Assembly (NCBI GenBank): GCA_963756895.1
Contig: CAVWPI010000006.1
Location: 178,572-242,571 of the forward strand
Source of the DNA: an uncultured Actinomycetes bacterium
GTDB lineage: Bacteria > Actinomycetota > Acidimicrobiia > IMCC26256 > DASPTH01
Length of the DNA stretch: 64,000 nt
Reading direction: 5' to 3'
The notes under the pieces were generated by a model. The model did no database searches. It was not told the DNA's origin and saw only the letters and a program-made list of their open reading frames with translations. A program made the position numbers and the translations under genes. Within the stretch, counting starts at the first letter, position 1; the number at the start of each line of letters is the position of its first letter. Positions 1 to 8,974 of the stretch are shown one piece after another.

Positions 1-1
1 C

Positions 2-70
2 CTCGTCGGCTGGATGCCCACCGGTGAACCCGACGTGACCGACCCCGACCTCGTGAACAGGATCTGCTGA
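2..70 (+). CDS. C-terminal end of a gene truncated by the window edge; product unknown
   Basis: Frame is open from the edge: ...LVGWMPTGEPDVTDPDLVNRIC then TGA. The stop shares a base with the ATG at 70 (TGATG), suggesting coupling to the next gene. Confidence 0.3.
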   Translation, partial: LVGWMPTGEPDVTDPDLVNRIC

Positions 71-1160
71 TGACCGACGGACGCAACGCCGACGACATCG
101 CGATCATCGGCTGGTACGGTCTCGCCGATGGTGCGCAACACCGACAAGACCGAGGTGCAGATGCTCCTCGAGGTGATCACCGGCGCGGTCGCCGACGCCG
201 GGATCACCCGCAAGGAGGTCGACTTCACCTGCGCGGGCAGCTGCGACTACGTCGCCGGCCAGGCGTTCTCGTTCGTGCAGAACATCGACGCCATCGGCGC
301 GTGGCCGCCGAAGCGCGACTCGCACGTCGAGATGGACGGCGCGTGGGCGCTCTACGAAGCCTGGCTCCGGCTCCAGATCGGCGACATCGACGTCGCGCTG
401 GCGATGGGCTCCGGTCGTTCGTCGACCGCCGACCCCGCGCTCATCTACCCGATGGAGATGGATCCGTTCTACCTCGCGCCGCTCGGCGCCGACGCGACGA
501 GCTTCGCCGCCCTGCAGGCCCGCGCGCTGATCGACGCGGGCAAGGTCACCGAGCGCCAGATGGCCGAGATCGCGGCCCGGTGCCGTCGCGACGCGAAGGG
601 CAACCCGCACGCGCAGGTCGCCGGCGACTTCGACGTCGACACGCTGCTCGCCGACGACTACGTGCGGGCGCCGCTGCGCCGGCACGACCTGCCGCCCGAT
701 CACCGACGGCGCGTGCGCGGTCGTGATCGCCCGGGCCGACAAGGCGCGTGAGCTGTGCGAGCAACCCGGTGTGGATCACCGGCTTCGCGCACTACAGCGA
801 GCTGCACTACCCGGGCATGCGCGACCTCACGTCGTCGCCGTCGACCACGCTCGCGGCGAAGGCCGCGGGCGTCGAGGAGGCGCCGGTCGAGGTGGCCGAG
901 ATCCAGGCGGCGTACACGCACGAGGAGCCGCTGCTCGTCGAGGCGCTCGGCCTCGGCGCCGACACCGCCGTCAACCCGTCGGGCGGGCCGCTCGCGGCGA
1001 ACCCGATCATGGCGACCGGCCTCGTGCGCATCGCCGAAGCCGCCGCGGCCAGATCCGCGACGGCGGCAAGCACCGCACGCTCGCGCACTCGACATCGGGC
1101 CCGTGCCTCCAGCAGAACCTGGTCTGCGTCCTCGAAGGACAACTCAGGGATGCCAAGTGA
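70..1160 (+). pseudogene. Thiolase-like protein, SCP-x/lipid-transfer (Ltp) type; frame broken about 4 times as assembled
   Basis: Fragments in three frames join into one protein: MTDGRNADDIAIIG / MVRNTDKTEVQMLLEVITGAVADAG...RRHDLPP / ITDGACAVVIARADKARELCEQP / VWITGFAHYSE...NPSGGPLAANPIMATGLVRIAEAA / QIRDGGKHRTLAHSTSGPCLQQNLVCVLEGQ stop. Breaks lie near 125, 695, 765 and 1045. The two I resolved at base level sit in short C/G runs (ccgcccgatc, caacccggtg). Confidence 0.75.
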
Positions 1161-2337
1161 GCCACCAGCCGTGCGCGATCGTCGGCATCGGCCAGACCGA
1201 GCACAAGACGCGCGCGTCGGGACGTGTCGCTCGGCGGTCTCGTCCGCGAGGCCGCGCTGCGCGCGCTCGACGACGCCCAGATGACCTGGAGCGACATCGA
1301 CGCGGTGGTCATCGGCAAGGCCCCCGACCTGTTCGAAGGGCGTGATGAAGCCCGAGCTCTACCTCACCGACGCGCTCGGCGCGGCCGGCAAGCCGATGTT
1401 CCGCGTGCACACCGCCGGCTCGGTCGGCGGCACCACCGGCATCGTCGCGTCGCACCTCGTCGAGACCGGACGGCACCAGCGGGTGCTCGCGGTCGGCTAC
1501 CAGAAGCAGTCGGAAGGCAACGCGCAGTTCGCGCTCGGTTCGGGCGCGGGCGCGTCGATCGGTGCCGGCGGTGCGTTCGCGCCGTTCATGCGCGTCGTAC
1601 ATCCACCGCACGGGCGCACCGCTCGACATCGGGCCGATGGTCGCGGTGAAGGACCGCCTGAACGCGCTGAAGAACCCGTACGCGCACCTGCAGATCACCG
1701 ACATCTCGATCGAGAAGGTGAAGGCGTCGCCGATGATGTGGGACCCGGTGCGCTTCCTCGAGTCGTGCCCGTCGTCCGACGGCGCGTGCGCGGTCGTGTT
1801 CACCGATCGCGACGGGCGGCGACGCCGCGGCGGCCGAAGGCCGGTCGCCGCCGGCGTGGATCCTCGGCTCGGCGGTGCGCTCGGAGCCGTACGTCGTTCC
1901 CCGGCCGCGATCCGGTGCGCCCGCAGGGCGCGGTCGACTGCGCGTGCGGACGTCTACGCGGCAGGCCGGCATCACCGACCCGCTGCGAGCAGATCGACTG
2001 CGCCGAGCTCTACGTGCCGTTCAGCTGGTACGAGCCGATGTGGCTCGAGGCGCACGACATCGCCGAGCCCACCGAGGGCTGGAAGATGGTCGAGCGCGGC
2101 GACACCGCGCTCGACGGGTCGTTCCCGGTGAACATGTCGGGCGGCGTGCTCTCGTCGAACCCGATCGGCGCGTCGGGACTGCTGCGCTTCGCGGAGGCCG
2201 CGCTCCAGGTGCGCGGCATGGCCGGCGAGCACCAGGTCGACGGGCGCGAAGGTCGCGCTGGCGCAGGCCTACGGCGCGTCGGCGCAGTACTTCTCGATGT
2301 GGGTCGTCGCCAGCTCGCTCGACCCGTTCTCGAACTG
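1157..2337 (+). pseudogene. Second thiolase-like (SCP-x/Ltp type) protein; at least 6 frame breaks as assembled
   Basis: GTG 1157 overlaps the previous stop (GTGA). Fragments: VSHQPCAIVGIGQTEHKTRA / SLGGLVREAALRALDDAQMTWSDIDAVVIGKAPDLFEG / MKPELYLTDALGAAGKPMFRVHTAGSVGGTTG / GAPLDIGPMVAVKDRLNALKNPYAHL...ESCPSSDGACAVVFTDRD / CAELYVPFSWYEPMWLEAHD...NMSGGVLSSNPIGASGLLRFAEAALQVRG / AQAYGASAQYFSMWVVASSLDPFSN stop. Confidence 0.7.
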
Positions 2338-2471
2338 ATCGCACCGCCAGCATCGCATCCGGCCAAATTGCGGTTGCGGTTCGCCCAATTCCACGGCTCC
2401 CCTCTGGCTTCGATGCCGCCTGACCAGCAAGCTGCCTGCGAGCGGACGGGCAGCCGAGCGGGGAGATCGAG

Positions 2472-2640
2472 ATGGACGACGAAACGAGCTGCGTGCTCCC
2501 GGAGGAAATCCGTGAGGGTGACGTGCTGGTCTACATGGGTGGGCGACTGCTGATCGTCGACCACCTGGTGCCCGAGGCGTTCGTCATCGACCTGGTCGAG
2601 TTGCAGGACGACGCTGCCGCGTCGCGGCCCGACCCCGTAG
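2472..2640 (+). CDS. Possible small protein of unknown function; 3-prime end unresolved
   Basis: ATG 2472 is preceded by GGGAGA 5 nt upstream. The first ~55 codons (MDDETSCVLPEEIREGDVLVYMGGRLLIVDHLVPEAFVIDLVELQDD...) show strong G/C at third positions and lie outside the convergent methyltransferase. As assembled the frame runs on antisense through that gene to 3263, which is implausible. A TAG lies one frame over at 2638. Confidence 0.25.
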
Positions 2641-2659
2641 CGGCGGTCTCCGCCGCTCC

Positions 2660-3411
2660 TCAGCGGCGCGACGACGAGGCCGCGGAGGTCGCCGTCGTCG
2701 TCATGCCACGACTCGGGAGACTGAAGCCGTGGTGCGTCGAGGTCGGGCGCGAGCGCGTCGTCCTGCGCGCCACCGAGCTCGAGGAGGAGGCGACCGCCGG
2801 CACCGGAGCACGGTCGCCGCGTGCGCGACGACCCGACGCACGACGCGAGCCCGTCGTCCCCGCCGTCGAGGGCGAGCACGGGCTCGTGCTGCTGCACGTC
2901 GGCGGGGAGCAGGCGCCGGTCCGCGGTGGGCACGTACGGCGCGACCGCGGTGACCACGTTGACCGCCCCGGGTGCGTGGAGCGGCGCGGCCAGGTCGCCG
3001 ACCACCACCCGCACGCCGTTGCGCGCCGCGCACGTCGCCGCCGGCAGCGTCGACGTCGACGCCGACCACGCGGGCGTCCGGCACCGCGTGCTGGATCCAC
3101 GCCGCCACCGCGCCACCACCCGTGCACAGGTCGAAGACCGTGCCCCGCGCGCGGCAGCACGCGCCGCGGCGCGGCGCGCCAACTCTTCGGTCTGGGGCGC
3201 GGACGACGTACACACCCGGCGCAGCGTGCAGCTCGAGACCACCGAAGCGGACGCGTCCGGTGATCCACGCCAGCGGCTCCCCCGCCTCGCGTCGACGCAA
3301 CCGCGCCTCGAGCTCGACGTCACCGGGTGCGTCGTGCAGCAGCTCGCGCGCCTCGTCGTCGGGCGCGACGCACCCCGCGGCGGCGAGGCGCGCGACGACC
3401 GAGGAGCTCAA
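2660..3411 (-). pseudogene. PrmC/HemK-related class I SAM-dependent methyltransferase (short actinobacterial PrmC-like type); about 4 frame breaks
   Basis: Joined fragments: (TTG)SSSVVARLAAAGCVAPDDEARELLHDAPGDVELEARLRRREAGEPLAWITGRVRFGGLELHAAPGVYV / PRPQTEELARRAAAR / ARGTVFDLCTGGGAVAAWIQHAVPDARVVGVDVD / ARNGVRVVVGDLAAPLHAPGAVNVVTAVAPYVPT...HEPVLALDGGDDGL...LLLELG. The candidate TTG start overlaps the upstream stop (TTGA). A C-terminus ...DLRGLVVAR stop at 2660 needs one more indel. Confidence 0.65.
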
Positions 3412-4584
3412 GCAGGCAGCGGGATGCGGTAGAGCCGGGCCGCGTTGAGGCCCATGATCCCGGCGATGGTGTCGCCGTCGATGCCTTCGAGCGCGGCGTC
3501 GGCGTAGTCGAGCCCGTCGGGGTACACGCACGTGGGGTGCGGGAAGTCGGTCTCGAACATCAGGTGGTCGGCGCCCACGCTCTCGATCGCCTCGGCGATG
3601 CCGCTGCGCTCGAACCAGAAGCAGGAGTGGATCTGGCGGCGGAAGTAGTCGGATGGCGCCATCGACAGGTTGTCCATCGAACCCGGCGTCATCTCCCCCA
3701 CCTGGTAGTCGAGCGCCTTGAGGAAGAACGGGATCCAGCCGACGCCGCTCTCCACCGACACGAACTGCAGCGTCGGGAAACGCTCGAGCACACCCGAGTA
3801 GATGATGTTGCCGATCACGCCCGCGTTGTTGAGGTACATCATCGCCGAGCCGAGCCCGAGCTTCTGGTCCCCGTTGAGCGACGGCCACGGCACCGATCCG
3901 AACCACGACAGCGACGAGTCGCTGGCGCCGATGTGGAAGTTGATCGGCAGGTCGTTCGCCGCCGCGGCCTCCCACATCGGGTTCCAGTGCTCGTCACCGA
4001 GGTCGGGCAGGCCGTGGTCGTGCGGCGCGGTGGTGGTGTTGAGCCCGCGCAGGCCGAGCGCGGCGATGCGCTCGATCTCGGCCACCGCGAGGTCGACGTC
4101 CCACCACGGCACGATGCCCATCGGGAAGAGGCGCTGGCCCGATCGCTCCTGGATCTCGGCCATGCCGTCGTTGTAGAGCTCGACCGACAACCGCCGGAGC
4201 GTCTCGTCGTCGATGGTGAAGAACTTCTGGCCACCGAATCCGACGGTGTTCGGGTAGACGATCTGCGCCCAGATCCCCTGCGCGTCCATCAGCGCGAGGC
4301 GCGCGTCGACGTCGTACGCAGCGGCGTGCACGTCTTCGATGTTCCACTGGAAGAACGTGGTGCCGGGCACCTTCACGCCGTCGGCGCCTACCACCCCCGA
4401 CGCACCGGCGCGCGCCAGCGTGGTGCCGTCCATCGTCCACATGGGGACGCCGTCGATCTCGTGGACCTGCGGTACGCGGTCCTCGTAGCCCTTGGGGGCC
4501 CGGGCCGTCCAGAGGTCGTGGGGTTCCGTGAGGTGGGTGTCGGCGTCGATGATGCAGAGGCCGTCGAACCGGGTGGTGCGTCAT
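3408..4584 (-). pseudogene. Amidohydrolase-2 family (PF04909-like TIM-barrel hydrolase/decarboxylase); one frame break 5 codons after the ATG
   Basis: The intact 344-aa ORF 3408-4442 ends ...HLMFETDFPHPTCVYPDGLDYADAALEGIDGDTIAGIMGLNAARLY. Upstream, the frame FDGLCIIDADTHLTEPHDLWTARAPKGYEDRVPQVHEIDGVPMWTMDG is contiguous with it. That frame has a TGA before it and no start; ATG 4584 (MTHHP) is one frame off, with the break in a cccgg run near 4570. Confidence 0.8.
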
Positions 4585-4621
4585 GTCGGCTCATTCTGGC
4601 ACCGGGGCTAGGGTCCGGCCC

Positions 4622-5753
4622 ATGCCGCTCGGACCGTTCGACGAGTACCTCGCCCACCAGACCAGCGACACGTTCGACCACGTCGCCACGTCGGATCGCA
4701 ACTTCTACGACCGGTACTACTTCAACATGCACTCGAGCAGCGACGAGCTGTTCGTGATCACCGGTCTCGGCCAGTACCCCAACCTCGGCGTCACCGACGC
4801 GTTCATCACCGTGTCGATCGGCACCGAGCAGCACACGGTGCGCGCGTCACGCGAGCTGGGCGTCGACCGCATGGACACCTCGGTCGGGCCGCTCTCGGTC
4901 GAGGTGCTCGAAGGACTCCGCAAGCTGCGCATCCGCTGCGACGAGAACGAGTGGGGCATCAGCGCCGACCTCACGTTCACCGGCACCGTCGACGCGCTCG
5001 AGGAGCCGCGCACCTTCATCCGTCGCTACGGGCGCGTCATCCAGGACGTCACCCGCTACGCGCAGGTCGGCGTGTGGGAAGGCACCATCACCGCCGCCGG
5101 GCGCACCTTCGACGTCACCCCCGACGTGTGGAAGGGCGCGCGCGACCGGTCGTGGGGCGTGCGACCCGTCGGCGAGCCCGAGCACCCCGGCATCAAGGTG
5201 CGCGGCGCGCAGGACGGCTACGGCTTCCGGCACGACTGGCTGCCGATGCAGTTCGACGACCACATGCTCAAGGTGCAGATCGACCAGGACGCCGACGGCA
5301 ACCGCCTGGTCGAGGAGTCGATGCGGGTGTGGAACTCCGACCAGGGGCGCGACGAACCCGGTCGAGCACCTCGGTCGCCCCGAGGTCGTGATCGACTACC
5401 TCCCGGGCACGCGCGAGATGCGCAGCGCGACCGTCACCGTGCCCGACGGCGACGGCTCGACGATCACCGTGCGCAACACGCCGCTGCGCACGCTCTACCT
5501 CGCCGCCGGGTCGGGGTACGTGAACCTCGACGGCTGGGGCCACGGCGTGTACCAGGGCCCGCTCGAAGGTCGAGGGCCTCGTGCACGACCTGTCCGACCC
5601 CGAGGACGCGGCGGAAGTACGCCATCCTCAACGAGACGCTCTGCCGGTTCGAGACCGACACCGGCGAGGTCGGGATACGGCATGCACGAGAACATGCTCG
5701 TCGGCATCCACCACCCCACCGGGTTCCACACGCCCGAGACGCAGGCGCCGTAG
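4622..5753 (+). pseudogene. Conserved hypothetical protein (family marked by YYF...RDRSWG motifs); about 4 frame breaks
   Basis: MPLGPFDEYLAHQTSDTFDHVATSDRNFYDRYYFNMHSS...VWKGARDRSWGVRPVG...MRVWNSDQGRDE / PVEHLGRPEVVIDYLPGTREMRSATVTVPDG...YQGPLE / VEGLVHDLSDPEDAA / KYAILNETLCRFETDTGEVG / YGMHENMLVGIHHPTGFHTPETQAP stop. Paralogue of 32505-33446. Confidence 0.55.
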
Positions 5754-5757
5754 CCCC

Positions 5758-6443
5758 CTACGACGACGGGCCCGGGCGAGGCCGGTCCCTCGCGGGTGAT
5801 GCCGGCGCGCTTGGCGAGGTTCTTGTACGGCACGAGCACCGCAGTGCCGGCCACCGCGATCTCGCCGCGGGCGCGCACCTCGAACTTGGCCTTGAACTGC
5901 TCGCCGTCGGGTGTCGCACCCGCCCCACAGCTCGACCTCTTCGTCGAGCGGGAGCGCGCGCAGGTACCGGACGGTGAGCGACTTGGTGACGGTGCGCATG
6001 CCGATCGCCATGGGCGACGCCGCCACCAGCTGGTCGGCGAGCATCGCGCTGATGCCACCGTGCGCGTGGCCCGGCGGGGCCGACGAAGCGGCGCGTGAAC
6101 GTGGCGCGTGCCGACGACCTCGCCGTCGGCGACGCGCACCTCGACGTCGGGACGGGTCGGGCTGCAGTTCCCGATGATCGGGTTGAGCGGCATGTAGGTC
6201 TCCGGCCGCACCGGGATCGACCGGCAGCACGAGCAGTCCGGAGTAGCCGTCGTCGTCGGTCTCGCACCGACAGCCGATGCGTCAGCAGCTCGAGCGCGCC
6301 GCGTCACCTCGTCGAGCGTGGCGCGGTCGACCGCGGTCACCGCGATTGCGTCGGCGAAGCGCGCGCGTCGCGGCTGCGAGACGCTCGACGCCGTCGCGGC
6401 GCACCTCGGCGTCGTGACCTTCTCGGGCGTTCAGGGTGACCAT
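5758..6443 (-). pseudogene. PaaI/4HBT-type hotdog-fold thioesterase with N-terminal helical extension; about 4 frame breaks
   Basis: MVTLNAREGHDAEVRRDGVERLAAATRA / ...TAVDRATLDEVTRRARAA...YMPLNPIIGNCSPTRPDVEVRVADGEVVG / RATFTRRFVGP / PGHAHGGISAMLADQLVAASPMAIGMRTVTKSLTVRYLRALPLDEEVELWGGCDT / PDGEQFKAKFEVRARGEIAVAGTAVLVPYKNL. Same architecture as the C-terminal domain of 20104-22263. The 3-prime end is uncertain. Confidence 0.6.
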
Positions 6444-6472
6444 GAGCGGCACGCTACCGAGTGCGGCACTCG

Positions 6473-7688
6473 TCAGTCCCAGACGAGGATCAGGTCCTTC
6501 ACGTGCCGCAGCCCCGGCGGGTACTCGAGCTCCTCGTGGCCCGGCTTGATGCGGTAGTCGGGGATGCGCTGGTGCCACTCGCGCAGGGTGATGCGCAGCT
6601 CGCGTCGCGCCAGGTGCGAACCGAGACAACGGTGCACGCCACCGCCGAACGCGATGTGGCGGTTCTGCTCGCGGTCGAAGCGCACCTCGAACGCGTCGGG
6701 GAACTCGGTGGGGTCGACGTTGGCGGCGCCGTAGCTCACCATCATCGCGGTGCCCTCGGTCACCTTGACGCCGTTGGGGAGCTCGACGTCCTGGGTGGCG
6801 ATCCGCGGCACACCGTGCGGCACCGGCGACTCCCAGCGCAGCAGCTCCTCGACCGCCGCCGGGATGAGGTCGGGGTCGTCGACGAGCTGGCGGCGGTGCT
6901 CGGGGTGTTGCGCGAGGTAGGCGTACGAGCACGTGAGCGTGTCGCTCACCGTGTCGAGGCCGGCGATGAGGAACAGGAAGCACGTGTCGAGGATGTCCTC
7001 GCGCGTGAGCCGCTCGCCGTCGATCTCGGCCCGGAGGAAGTGGGTGAGGATGTCGTCGGTCGGCGCGGCCTCACGGGCGTCGAGCTGCTCGTTGAAGTAG
7101 TCGTAGATGTCGATGCCGTTGGCGTCCATCACCGCCTGGCGGGCGTCGACGTCGAACATCGCGTTCGGGTCGATCTTCTCCGGGTGCAGGCAGCCGTCGC
7201 GCAGGTCGAGCATGGTGCGCAGGTCGCTCTCGGGCAGCCCCATCAGCCCGAGGAACACCGACGACGGGAACAGCTCGGCGAACTCCTCGGTGAAGTTGCA
7301 CTCGCCGTCGGTCGACGAACGCGTCGATGAACTCGTTGACCCGCCGCGTGATGTCGGCCTCCTGCTCGTCCATGCGCTTGGGCGAGAACAGCGGGTCCAT
7401 CAGCTTGCGGTACTTCGAGTGCTTCGGTGGGTCGATGTTCAGCGGGATCAGTGGACGCACGTTGCCGAGCGGCATGTCGATGTGCGACGAGAACAGCTCG
7501 TGGTTGCGCAGCACGAAGTCGTTGAGCTCGCGGTTGAAGACCATGACCATGCCGTCGCCCGGCGACGCCATGCCGCCCTGCTCGATCATGTCGCGGTACA
7601 TCGGTTGCGGCGACGCCAGGTTCAGCAGCGTGTCCACCTGCATCTGCGCGTACCCGTCGACGGCGGCGACGTCCTGCTGGTCGGTCAT
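6473..7688 (-). pseudogene. Cytochrome P450; one frame break near 7310
   Basis: N-terminal ORF 7071-7688 (MTDQQDVAAVDGYAQ...LNIDPPKHSKYRKLMDPLFSPKRM...FIDAFVD) joins C-terminal ORF 6473-7258 (...FLIAGLDTVS...FGGGVHRCLGSHLARREL heme loop). Confidence 0.85.
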
Positions 7689-7696
7689 GGCGGATC

Positions 7697-7719
7697 CCCT
7701 CGGTCGTGTGACTCGAGGG
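7697..7719 (-). promoter_or_regulatory. Possible 5-prime-UTR hairpin overlapping the P450 ribosome-binding site
   Basis: On the mRNA strand: CCCTCG-aGTCACACGAC-CGAGGG, followed by gGATCCGCC-ATG. The 3-prime arm is the only purine-rich SD-like element (GAGGGG) before ATG 7688. Confidence 0.25.
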
Positions 7720-7765
7720 CGACGATACGGACCCGACGCCCAGACCGCAACGTGTCGGGCGCGGG

Positions 7766-8149
7766 TCAGCTGGGCACTACGGGATCGGGTTCGTTCACGA
7801 GCCGCGAGACGAGCTGGCGCGAGATGCCGAACGTGCGCCCGATGTCGGCGAGGGTCTGGCCCTCCGAGTGCAGCAGCTGGAACAGCAGGCGCTGCGCGTC
7901 GTGCCGGCTGCGTTCCAACTCGGCGAGCGCGTCGCCCAGGCTCGCCCGCAACGGTTGCGGCTCCGTGATCCGTTCCAGATCGGCGAGCGGGCGCCCGCTC
8001 TCCACCAACTTGCGCGTGATGTCGCGCGCGTCGCGCGTCTCCTCCAGGACGGTGATCGTGCGCTCGCTCGCGGACTGCACCTGGTCGAGCGCGTTCAGGT
8101 AGCGCAGACGAAGCTGCTCGTCCTCGGTACTGGTGACGTCAGTGCTCAT
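7766..8149 (-). CDS. Small DNA-binding protein with C-terminal helix-turn-helix (sigma-70 region 4-like)
   Basis: Intact 127-aa ORF with a predicted helical N-terminal part, then ...GQTLADIGRTFGISRQLVSRLVNE, a typical HTH. Confidence 0.55.
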   Translation of the reverse strand: MSTDVTSTEDEQLRLRYLNALDQVQSASERTITVLEETRDARDITRKLVESGRPLADLERITEPQPLRASLGDALAELERSRHDAQRLLFQLLHSEGQTLADIGRTFGISRQLVSRLVNEPDPVVPS

Positions 8150-8227
8150 GCGCCCATTCTCGCGAACGACAGCGCCGCGGCACCGGCCCCTTACGGCCCA
8201 CGGCGCGCAACCGCGGTGGCGCGGTCG

Positions 8228-8834
8228 TCAGCGCGCGCGAATGCCGTCGAGCACGAACCCGAACAGACGCTCTGCGGTGTCGGGATCGTCGCTCTCTTCA
8301 GCCGCCAACGTGACTGCCTGCACCATCCGGACGAGGTCGTCGATGTCGACGCCGTCGCGCATCTGACCCGCGGCCTGAGCCCGAGCGAGCAGCGCGGCAC
8401 CGGCCCGGCGCATCGACTCGCACGCCGACGGCTCGTCGCGATCGGCGAGCATCGTGAGCATCGCCTCCGCGGCGAGACCTCGACAGGTGGCGGCCTGTTC
8501 GAGCTGCGCGTGCAGCCAGACTGCGAGGGCCTCGCCGGGCACGTCGGAAGCGAGCAGCTCTTCGGCCAGCGCCTGCAGTTCGTCGATGCGGTCGTGGAAC
8601 ACCGCCTCCACCAGGTCGTCGCGCGTCGGGAAGTGCCGGTAGAGCGTGCCGATGCCGACACCGGCGCCGCGGGCGATCTCCTCCAAGCGAGGCGTCGGCG
8701 CCGCGCGCCGCGAACACCTGGCTCGCGGTCTCCACGATGCGGGCCCGGTTGCGCACCGCGTCGGCGCGGGGCCGGCGGACGGCAGGGATCGGGAGGGCGG
8801 CGGGGGTCGGAATGGTGGAGCTGCGAGCGGTCAT
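8228..8834 (-). pseudogene. TetR/AcrR family transcriptional regulator; one frame break near 8690
   Basis: MTARSSTIPTPAALPIPAVRRPRADAVRNRARIVETASQVFAARGADASL / EEIARGAGVGIGTLYRHFPTRDDLVEAVF... The break lies at cttggagg. Divergent from the MFS gene. Confidence 0.8.
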
Positions 8835-8879
8835 GGCGCTCCTCCGCGGACTCGGACGAAAACCCTTGCAACCGGAGTG

Positions 8880-8904
8880 TGCCTCCGCTTACTATGCGGA
8901 GGCA
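8880..8904. promoter_or_regulatory. Candidate TetR operator: perfect inverted repeat TGCCTCCGC-N7-GCGGAGGCA
   Basis: 9-bp perfect arms read directly from the sequence. Centred in the 140-bp divergent tetR/MFS intergenic region. Confidence 0.5.
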
Positions 8905-8974
8905 GCATCCGTCTTTGACGAGTGTATCCGTCCCCCGGCCGCATCCCCCGCGGTCGATCCCCGAGGAGCAGCCC

